From: an uncultured Acidobacteriota bacterium
GTDB taxonomy: Bacteria; Acidobacteriota; Thermoanaerobaculia; UBA5066; Gp7-AA6
Direction of reading: 5' to 3'
DNA: 64,000 bases
Assembly (NCBI GenBank): GCA_963782815.1
Contig: CAWALG010000030.1
Location: forward strand, 41,187 to 105,186
The notes under the pieces are model-generated. The model ran no database searches, had not been told where the DNA came from, and was given only the letters and a program-made list of their open reading frames with translations. Positions 32,594 through 40,366 of this stretch are shown piece by piece. The position numbers were made by a program, and so were the translations under genes. How positions within the stretch are numbered: the first letter of the stretch is position 1; every line of letters begins with the position of its first letter.

Positions 32594-32752
32594 AGAATCC
32601 GATCGCGCCCGAGAACTGAAGCGAGAAACCCTGGAATGTCGAGCGAATGCCGAATTCCTCGAAGAACCCCACGCTCGAGTTCAGGTTCGGTTCGCGGAAA
32701 CTCGTGTTCAAACCGAATCCGACGGCGCTAACCGCGTAGCGCTCGAGTGACT
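32594..32752 (-). pseudogene. C-terminal fragment of a second MetA-like OMP gene
   Basis: The minus-strand reading ...SLERYAVSAVGFGLNTSFREPNLNSSVGFFEEFGIRSTFQGFSLQFSGAIGF* parallels the end of 27774..28712 (ARYQINAFGLAANVGL...FSNKSTFQGYSVQVSGSVNF*). No N-terminal part is present, and homology stops next to the X module. Confidence 0.7.
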
Positions 32753-32765
32753 GAGCCGGAGGTTT

Positions 32766-32896
32766 CCATCCGTCACACTTCCGTCACACCGCTGGCCCGA
32801 GAGGCTTGACGAGAGTGAGACAACGCCGTGCTGACAACGGTTTTCGGATCTCGCCGTTCTAAGAGGTTGGTGGTTCGATTCCACCCCCCACAGCCA
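32766..32896 (+). repeat. X module copy 2 (32766-32863) plus 33-nt copy of tRNA-Asn 3' end (32864-32896)
   Basis: aggttggtggttcgattccaccccccacagcca is identical to the variable loop, T arm and acceptor 3' strand with CCA of the tRNA at 23621-23653. Confidence 0.9.
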
Positions 32897-33096
32897 CACG
32901 TCGCTAAGCGCTCTGCGAGGCATATGCGCCTTGTGGCGCACCGGCGAGCGACTCGGCCGGATGCGGCCTCGATCGCTCGCCTGATCCCTCGCTCCGCTCT
33001 TCGCTCCCGCGGCGCGAGGCTCCTCCCTTCGGTTACTCGGGAGACTCCTCGCGCCGCGAGCAACGGCGGCATCCCGGTGGTCTATTGGATGTGTCC
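32897..33096 (+). repeat. R module copy 2
   Basis: cacgtcgctaagcgc...gcgcc-ttgt-ggcgc...ggcgagcga...ggccg-gatg-cggcc...tcgctcgcc (32943-32981)...gggagactcctcgcgccgcgag...ccggtggtctattggatgtgtcc. It has the same order and orientation as copy 1. Confidence 0.85.
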
Positions 33097-33358
33097 CTAA
33101 GGACGTGTCGAGGGTACGCCTACCCTGTCATCCTGAGCGAAGCGAAGGATCTGCCCTCGCGGTCTGGCTCCGTCTCCTCGAAGTCAACCGGAGCAGGCGC
33201 CGGGGACGAGCGAGGAGGTTCGGTAGGAAGTCGCCCAGCACCGGTAGGATCGATCGCAGTAATACACCGATACACGATTGACCCCATTGCGATTCGCACG
33301 CTTGCCGCATAGGTAACCGGGGGAAGCCGGCGGAGCCTGGGTAGGGCAACCAGCGCCC

Positions 33359-33364
33359 TATAAT
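33359..33364 (+). promoter_or_regulatory. candidate -10 box (perfect TATAAT) 10 nt upstream of the kinase GTG start, implying a near-leaderless mRNA
   Basis: The sequence ccctataatcccggccgacGTG is an isolated AT hexamer in GC-rich DNA. No convincing -35 was seen. Confidence 0.3.
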
Positions 33365-33374
33365 CCCGGCCGAC

Positions 33375-35963
33375 GTGTCCCTGACGGCCGGTTCTTGGCT
33401 CGGGCCCTACGAGATCCTGTCGCCGCTCGGGGCCGGCGGGATGGGCGAGGTCTGGCGGGCCCGCGACACGCGGCTTTCCGCGAGGTGGCGGTCAAGGTCC
33501 TGCCGGCGGCGCTTTCGTCGGACGCGGAGCGGCTCCGGCGGTTCGAGAAGGAAGCGCGCGCGGCGTCCTCTCTGAACCATCCGGCGATCGTCACGATTTA
33601 CGAGATCGGAAAGGCGGAAGGGGTCTCCTACCTGGCCATGGAGCTCGTCGACGGGACGACGCTTCGCGAGGCGCTCGCCGCGGGGCCGCTCCCGGTCCGC
33701 CGGCTCCTTTCGATTTCCGCGCAGATCGCCGAGGGACTGGCCAAGGCGCACGGGGCCGGGATCGTGCACCGCGACCTGAAGCCCGAGAACGTGATGGTGA
33801 CGAAGGATGGCTTCGTCAAGATCCTCGACTTCGGCCTGGCCAAGGTCGTTGCCCCGGAGCCGGAGGCCGGGCAAGCGACCAGGGCGGCGACGGTTTCCGC
33901 GGGCACCGAACCGGGCGTCGTGATGGGGACGGTCGGCTACATGTCGCCGGAGCAGGCGCGCGGCGATCCCTGGACTTTCGCTCCGACCAGTTCGCGCTCG
34001 GCTCGATGCTCTACGAGATGGCGGTGGGCAGGCGCGCTTTTGCGGGCGGGACGAGGCCGGAGGTCATGGCGGCGATCATCCGCGAGGAGCCGGAGCCCAT
34101 CGCGACCGCGAATCCGAAGGTTCCGGCGCCGCTCCGATGGGTCATCGAGCGCTGCCTCGCCAAGGACCGGAGCGAACGCTACGCCTCCACCGAGGACCTC
34201 GCCCGCGACCTGCGGGGCGCCGAGGCGCATCTGTCGGAGCTCTCGGGAGGGGCCGCGGGAATGGGCGCTTCCGAAGCGACACGCCTGGCGCCGCGGAGGA
34301 AGCGGTCTGCTCGGAGGTCGCGGCTGGCGTTCTCGCGGGCCTCGTGTTCGGCGCAATGGGATTCTGGCTGGCCGCCGGCCGATCTCCGCATCCCTCCCAC
34401 GTTCCCTCCTTCCAGCGCGTGACGTTTCAGCGGGGAAACGTGCTCAATGCCCGGTTTGCCCCCGACGGACAGACGATTCTCTACAGCGCCTCCTGGGAAG
34501 GCCGCCCGGCGGAGGTCTTCTCGACGCGGGTCGACGGCACGGAGTCCCGGCCGCTCGGGCTCGCGAAGGCCGATCTGGCGGCTGTGTCAGAAGCGGCGAG
34601 CTGCTCATCCTTCTCAAGAGCTCCGACTTGCAGACACCCGGAGGCGTTTCCACGCTGGCGAGGGTCTCCCTTTCCGGAGGCGCTCCGCGCGAGATCGCGC
34701 AGAGCGTGCACATGGCCGAGTGGCTGCGTGGAGGCGGGATCGTCGTGCAACGGCATGTCGGCTTGGACCATGACGTGCTGGAGCTGCCGCTCGGGACGCG
34801 CCGCCTCGAATACAACGGGTCCGCTCCGAGGGTTTCGCGAGACGGCCGTTTCATTGCGATCGCCCGAGGAACGGTTCAAGGCGGCGAGGGCTCGATGTTC
34901 TCGATGAGGCAGGCAAGGTGGTCTGGAGCATAAAGGCGGACGTGGGCCTCGCAGCTCGCCTGGCATCCGAACGGCGAGCTGTGGTTCTCGCGGGATGCCG
35001 GCCAGGAACCTGGCCTTTTCGCCGTCGCGCGCGGAGGCCCATTCGCTCGATCTTCAGGGCGAACGGCTGGGTCCTGCACGACATAGCGCCCGACGGGCGG
35101 CTGCTCATGGAACGCGCAATCAGCAGGAACAGCATCCGGGTCCGAGTCAATGAGCCGAGGGAGCGCGAGCTCTCATGGCTCGACGGCTCGGAGCTCGTTG
35201 GGATGTCGAGCGACCTGAAGGCGCTGCTCTTTTCCGAGACGAACGAAGCCGGGAGCCGCGCCGGAGGCGTCTATCGCAGAGGGACGGACGGCTCCCCGGC
35301 GGTTCGGCTCTCGGACGGGAGAGCCCTCGCGTTTTCGGAGGACGGCCGCTGGGCGCTTGTCCGCGAATCGGGACGCCGGCCCGGCACACTCTCGTGCCGA
35401 CCGGAGCGGGCGAGCCCGTGCCGCTCGACTTCGGCGGCGACCGCCTGCTGTCGGCCGTCTTCCTGCCGGGACCGGAGCCGCGGCTTCTGGCCACGGTGGG
35501 CGAGAGCCCCGACCGAGGCCATGTCGAGCTCGTGACGCCGGCCGGGCGCCGCCCGCTCCCGATCTCGCCGGGCTTTACCCCCGGCGACGTGGCGGTCTCG
35601 CCGGAAGGAAGCGCGATCGCGTACGGAGCGGCCTACGGAGCGGGAGCGCGCGAGGTGGCGCTGTGTCAACTCGAGAAGCCGTCCTGCCGCAAGCTTCCCC
35701 TGCCGGCGGAGGCGACACCAATCCAATGGAGCGCCGACGGGAAATATCTGTATCTGCGCGACTATGGCGAGATCCCGGCCCACGTCATCCGCTACGAAAT
35801 CGCCACCGGCGCCCAGACGAACTGGCTGACACTCGGGCCTGACGATCCCACCTCTATTATCGTCGTCGGCCGCATCCTGCTGTCTCGCGACGGCCGCAGC
35901 TACGCCTTCAATCCCCTCGGAGTCCAGGACTCGAGCCTCTTCGTCGTCGAAGGCTTGCATTGA
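33375..35963 (+). CDS. Ser/Thr protein kinase fused to beta-propeller (several apparent frameshifts)
   Basis: [34 protein letters not shown] is ORF 33375..33575. [16 protein letters not shown] and SPEQ are in ORF 33395..34933. [17 protein letters not shown]... is in 34006..34422. Propeller parts are in 34137..34907 and 34918..35535. The C-terminus ...[11 protein letters not shown] is in 35175..35963. Confidence 0.85.
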
Positions 35964-36015
35964 CTTGCAGGACGATGGCCGGGTACGAGACTCCTCGCGC
36001 CGCGACCTGGGCTTT

Positions 36016-36053
36016 CCCCTCTCCCTCCGGGAGAGGGCCAGGGTGAGGGCGCC
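36016..36053 (+). repeat. second copy of the ctctccc..gggagag + gggtgagggcgcc palindromic element (intergenic)
   Basis: cccctctccctccgggagagggccagggtgagggcgcc, compared with 22121-22164. Confidence 0.8.
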
Positions 36054-36063
36054 GGTAATGCCA

Positions 36064-36210
36064 CCGTCGCTCAGCGCTTGCGCGTGGTCTGCGCCCTGCG
36101 GGCGCACCGGCGGGCGGCTCGCGCGGATGCGCGCTCGACCTCTCGCCTGACACCGCGCAAGCACTCCGCTCCCGTGCCGATGGCATGCCGGTGGTCCATT
36201 GGATGTGTCG
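36064..36210 (+). repeat. R module copy 3
   Basis: ccgtcgctcagcgc...gcgccc-tgc-gggcgc...ggcgggcgg...gcgcg-gatg-cgcgc...cctctcgcc (36109-36147)...ccggtggtccattggatgtgtcg. The inner stem changed GGCCG/CGGCC to GCGCG/CGCGC while the loop gatg is kept. Confidence 0.85.
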
Positions 36211-36339
36211 TTGAAGACCCATAAATGGCAGAGTGATTGCACGCTCTGACGATCGGTCCGAAGGTCCCCAGATTTCCTCCGACCATCTCCGGCCCGTGGC
36301 GATCCGGAGTCCTCCGAACCACAAGTCATGGAGGAAGGT

Positions 36340-37326
36340 ATGTCGATCCGGCGCACAATCGAGGCTGCCCTTTCCGTTGCCATGCTTCTCGTTGCTCTCG
36401 TTCTGGTCAGTTGCAGAGATTCTGAGTCCGTATCCTCCCCGACATCTCCCGGGGGCGCGACCGTGACTGGAACCGTCGTCAGCGGAGAAACTTCCGGCGG
36501 GGTCTCTGCCGGTAGCGCTCTGGCGGGCGTCACCGTCTCGGTCGTCCGGACGGGCCAGGCCGCGCAGACCGACGGCGCTGGCAACTTCACTCTCGCCGGC
36601 ATCCCCGCAGGCGACCAGCAGTTTCAGTTCTCCCGGACCGACATCGACGCCCGCGGCAACATCCGGGCGATGGGCGGCGCGACCGTCGCGGTCGACGTCG
36701 CCATCTCCAGGAGATCCACGATCGTGATCACACCGCGCGGCGGTCCGTTCATCCCGGCGCTGCCCACGGGGACCACGACGGCGACCCCGACGGGGACTCC
36801 GACGGGGACCCCACCAACCCCGGGAAGCCCGACGGCGACGCCGACGGGAACCCCAACTCCGGGAACCCCGACCCCCGCGACACCCACCACAACGCCCCAC
36901 GGCCCAGCAGTCGAACAGATCGAGGGGATCGTCACCGCCAATACCGGCGCCACGCTGACGATCGCCGATCAGCGGCTGGGCTCGGTAGTCGTCACCGTCA
37001 CGCCGACGACGATCATCCGCCACGGCGGAACGCCGATCCCGATCTCGGAGGTCCTTGTTGGAATGCGCGTCCACGTCAAAGCGCTGCTCGAAACCACCGG
37101 CACGTACACGGCGCTCGAGATCATCGTCCAGAACGAACATGGGGAAACGGCGACCCCGACGGCGCCCGCGGCGACGGCAACGCCCACATTGACGCCGACG
37201 AGCACGCCAACGACGACGCCTACAGCCGTGGCCACGAATACTCCAACCGGGACGACGCCGACGGCCACGCCCACGGCCACAAATACGCCAACCGGGACGC
37301 CGCCCACGTCAACGCCGACGCCGTAA
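36340..37326 (+). CDS. lipoprotein with carboxypeptidase-regulatory-like domain, DUF5666-like domain and Pro/Thr-rich linkers
   Basis: ATG at 36340 follows ggaggaagg. The lipobox is LVALVLVSC. GATVTGTVVS...GVTVSVVRTGQAAQTDGAGNFTLAGIPAGDQQF is CarboxypepD_reg-like. IEGIVTANTGATLTIADQRLGSVVVTVTPTTIIRHGGTPI is DUF5666-like, by recollection. Long PT tracts are present. Confidence 0.75.
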   Translation: MSIRRTIEAALSVAMLLVALVLVSCRDSESVSSPTSPGGATVTGTVVSGETSGGVSAGSALAGVTVSVVRTGQAAQTDGAGNFTLAGIPAGDQQFQFSRTDIDARGNIRAMGGATVAVDVAISRRSTIVITPRGGPFIPALPTGTTTATPTGTPTGTPPTPGSPTATPTGTPTPGTPTPATPTTTPHGPAVEQIEGIVTANTGATLTIADQRLGSVVVTVTPTTIIRHGGTPIPISEVLVGMRVHVKALLETTGTYTALEIIVQNEHGETATPTAPAATATPTLTPTSTPTTTPTAVATNTPTGTTPTATPTATNTPTGTPPTSTPTP

Positions 37327-37400
37327 ACCGCTCCGCGCGCTCCGCGGGATCTACGCCTGCGGCGTGATCCCGCTGCGGCGCTCCGCTCCCGCGGCGGAGC
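37327..37400 (+). repeat. partial R-like module (copy 4) just after the lipoprotein stop
   Basis: cgctccgcgcgctccgcgggatctacgcc-tgc-ggcgtgatccc resembles the start of R copies (cgctccgcaagggatctgcgccc-tgc-gggcgc). The first-hairpin stem is ACGCC/GGCGT. The extended hairpin spans 37346-37371. Confidence 0.6.
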
Positions 37401-37464
37401 TTGGCACGAACGGGAGCGGGAAGGAACGAGCTCGAACTACCATACCGGGCGAGGGACCACGGAG

Positions 37465-38454
37465 ATGGCGAGGCCTGTTCGGGCGGGTACGACTCGGGCG
37501 CTCACGATGCCGCTCCTCTTGGGGGTCAGCCTGCTCGTCGCGGCGGGGTTTACGCTCGGCAAGGTCAGGGTGGATCAGCAGGGGCAGCTCGGTTCCGTTG
37601 GTGGGTACACCTGGAGTCTCAGTCTCTGGTTCCTGCCGATCGCGGTCCTGCTGGTCTGGTTCATCCGGCGGCGCGACCAGGTCATACAGCGCCCGGCATT
37701 CTGGACGACACTCATCGCCTTGATCGCGTCCGGGTTCGCGCTCGACTACTTCTTCGCGCATACCTTCTTCCTCTTCCCCAACGCCGCGGCGACGCTGCTC
37801 CCGCCCGCGCCGGCGCGGGGCGGCCCGGTCCCTTCGGAGGAGTACCTGTTCTATGTCGGCGGGTTTCTCTTCGTCCTCCTCTTTTACATCTGGTGTGACG
37901 AAGACTTTCTGCTTCTCTACAATGTGCCCGACTATCGGGAGGCCTGGGCGAAGACCGGTCGCTCGCGCGTTGCCCAGTTCGATCCGCTCTCGCTGACCGG
38001 GGCGGCCGTCCTGATCGCCGGGGCGTGGATCTACAAGGCCGAAATCGCCCGGGGCCCGTTCCGCGGCGGCTTCCCGGGGTATTTCGCATATCTGACGCTC
38101 CTGGGAGTCGCCCCCGCCGTCGGCTTTCTGAAGGCCACGAGACAGTTCATCAACTGGCGGGCCTTCGCCCTCACGTTCCAGGTCGTGGTGGCGGTTTCCC
38201 TGCTCTGGGAGGCGACGCTGGCAGCGCCCCTGGGCTGGTGGCGCTATCAGCCCGGGGAGATGACCGGCATCGTGGTCGCAGCCTGGTACGACCTTCCGCT
38301 CGAAGCCGTCATCATCTGGCTCGCCGTGACGTTCACGACCGTGATCGTCTACGAAACCGTCAAAGTCTGGCAGGCCAGCGGAGGCAGGATGCCCGCGTTC
38401 ATCCCGCGCAGAGTCAGAGCTTCAGTTCGGAAGTGGTATCACCTGCCCGACTAA
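37465..38454 (+). CDS. lycopene-cyclase-domain membrane protein (fused two-domain type)
   Basis: Intact polytopic ORF with two PxEE/PLE-type motifs characteristic of CrtYc/Yd-like domains (VPSEEYLFYVGG and DLPLEAVIIWLA). The start could also be the Met of MPLLLGV (37507). Confidence 0.6.
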   Translation: MARPVRAGTTRALTMPLLLGVSLLVAAGFTLGKVRVDQQGQLGSVGGYTWSLSLWFLPIAVLLVWFIRRRDQVIQRPAFWTTLIALIASGFALDYFFAHTFFLFPNAAATLLPPAPARGGPVPSEEYLFYVGGFLFVLLFYIWCDEDFLLLYNVPDYREAWAKTGRSRVAQFDPLSLTGAAVLIAGAWIYKAEIARGPFRGGFPGYFAYLTLLGVAPAVGFLKATRQFINWRAFALTFQVVVAVSLLWEATLAAPLGWWRYQPGEMTGIVVAAWYDLPLEAVIIWLAVTFTTVIVYETVKVWQASGGRMPAFIPRRVRASVRKWYHLPD

Positions 38455-39395
38455 TCACGCCGCGGGCTTCTCAGCTCGCCAGAACTTCAACATTACAAAG
38501 TCTACGTCTTTGCCGAAGATCGGGAAATCGTAGGCGAACAGCAACTCCATCTGATAATCCGTCCCTTCGAGCCGCTCAGGATGGTGCTCATACAAGATCC
38601 GCGGCTGTGGCCCCTCGCCGTTGACTTCAAATGTCAGCTCAGCATGATTCTGCTCCTTACCAGCCGTTGTATGTACCAACCTGATCTTGACTCTCGGTCC
38701 TTCCGGCGGCAACTGTCCGGAGAATGGGATGTCCCGGCGGAGCATCACAAACGTGACCGTTGGTAGCGTTTCGAGGTCACGCAGGGCGGCCTGTGCCTTA
38801 TCGTTTGTGTCCTTGGTCTGCTGGATCGCCACGCCTGCAGCCGACGTCGCCTCTTTTGCAGCCGATGTCGTTTTCTGAAGCAGCGTCTTGAATTCATCTA
38901 GGTGTTTGATCTCAGCTGCTATCTGGTCCTGAGCCCGCTGACGTTCAGCGGCCAGAAAGGTCTGCAACCCGGAGTTCTGCATGGTCTGCGTTGTTGTCAA
39001 GAGGTCCGAGAAGTGTGTGGCGGTTTCCTTAACAAAAACCGACCTCTTCTCTAGCTCATCAGCAGCGTCGTGCTCAGCCTTCTGTAGTCTGGTGATGTGT
39101 GCGTCGAGACGATGAATATCATCCTGGCGCTGACTGAGCTCTCGATTGAGGTCGGTAATCTGAGCCGTCAGCTTGTCTTTCACATTTATCCCGAGAATAC
39201 CAAGTATCGAGGCGGCGCCGGTCAAGATGAGCAGCGCCGTGTCCGCCAACGCGAAAAGACGTCTCGGACAGTCTCTTCCGCCCTGACCTCAATCAGGGTC
39301 TTCATGGTTGGGGAGTCCACCAGCCCAACCAGCTTCTCCCGCAGGATCGGATCTAGTTCTTCGCTGAGCCCACCGCTGATGCCCTCACCGTTCAT
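38455..39395 (-). CDS. hypothetical membrane-anchored coiled-coil protein (possible frameshift near 39255 joining a 57-aa leader ORF to ORF 38455..39249)
   Basis: ATG at 39395 follows aaggagga, giving MNGEGISGGLSEELDPILREKLVGLVDSPTMKTLIEVRAEETVRDVFSR. This runs into LADTALLILTGAASILGILGI (TM) in the adjacent frame. About 150 aa of heptad-like sequence and a beta-rich C-terminus (...MELLFAYDFPIFGKDVDFVMLKFWRAEKPAA) follow. The TTG start at 39249 has no RBS. Confidence 0.55.
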
Positions 39396-39529
39396 CTGTC
39401 AATTCCTCCTTGTAACTGAATCTGGCGAGTCAGCTAGGGCAGTTGTCTCGGAAGCGCGGGAAAAGGTCGTCAGGAAAGCCGTGACCTGGCATCAGCAACC
39501 GCCGATGTCGGTAGCGCGGCGCACCACGC

Positions 39530-40171
39530 TCATCGGGAAACCCCCCAGAGCTTCCGAAGGCCCGTCTTGCCGCCGTTGAACTTGTTCCGGTCACAGCGAC
39601 CGATGCCCTTGACTTCGTGCGGCTCCGGACCGACGCCTCCGTCCGTGTACTGCCAGAGGGTCCAGGTCTTCCAGTTCACGGGCACCACGGCCGTGGGACC
39701 GTACTGGGCGAGCCAGAACCAGCAGTTCGCGAGGATCGGGTCCGTTTGGGTCCCGAGAAGCTCCTTCAGGTAGTGTCCGGCGTAGAGCCCCGGCCGTCGG
39801 GACGTCTGTTCGTGGATGTGGGTGACGAAAACTCTTGCCTCCTCAAGAGTCATGCTGGGGCCTTGCGGGTTGGCCTCGAAATCCAAAACCAACAGCGTCT
39901 CATCGAGAACCCCGACTCTCTGAAGGAAGTGATCTGCCTGAGCCACCCCGTCGGCTCCGACCCCGAAGTGATACGCGCCCCACCATAATCCGGCGGCCTC
40001 GGCCTTGCTCCGGTTGCTCTCGTACGTGGAGTCCGTGTAGTCGGTTGACTGGCTCGCCTTCTGGATAACTCCGACCAGGCCGTCGGACTTCGCAAGCTCC
40101 AGGTCGACATCCCCGTTGTGGTGCGATAGATCTACCACGCAGTTGAGCACACTGCCTCCATGGCCTTTCAA
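39530..40171 (-). CDS. GH25-family lysozyme (muramidase), no signal peptide
   Basis: VVDLSHHNGDVDL, WWGAYHFG, LVLDFE and TLWQYTDGG...CDRNKFNG match the GH25 pattern D-x-S-x-x-Q/N-G...GAYHF...LD-E...WQYT...D-x-N. The start is TTG 40171, or ATG 40193 with an indel. Confidence 0.8.
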   Translation of the reverse strand: MKGHGGSVLNCVVDLSHHNGDVDLELAKSDGLVGVIQKASQSTDYTDSTYESNRSKAEAAGLWWGAYHFGVGADGVAQADHFLQRVGVLDETLLVLDFEANPQGPSMTLEEARVFVTHIHEQTSRRPGLYAGHYLKELLGTQTDPILANCWFWLAQYGPTAVVPVNWKTWTLWQYTDGGVGPEPHEVKGIGRCDRNKFNGGKTGLRKLWGVSR

Positions 40172-40366
40172 ACTTCTTGCGACTCTCCTTCATATGGATC
40201 GCTTCTCATCAGGCGTTAGGCTAGGAAAGACTTGGGTCTTGTTTGACGTCCGTAACATATTGCAGAGAAGCGACTTCAGTCGGCTAGGATTTCTACGCTT
40301 GCCGCGCGGCTTCGTTGGGGCCGTCGGCCAGGACGCTGCAAACTCGGGCGAAAGGGCTCCGGCGCG

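Noticed and set aside
33118-33150. Motif gtcatcctgagcgaagcgaaggatct, which I recall as a common intergenic repeat in some phyla
   Set aside because: There is only a single copy in this window and no internal structure I can document. Calling it a repeat family would rest on memory alone.
36760-37320. Pro/Thr-rich DNA (acgccgac/ccgacggg iterations) as a non-coding tandem repeat
   Set aside because: It lies inside an intact ORF with a lipoprotein signal and recognisable domains. It is a coding PT linker, not an independent repeat feature.
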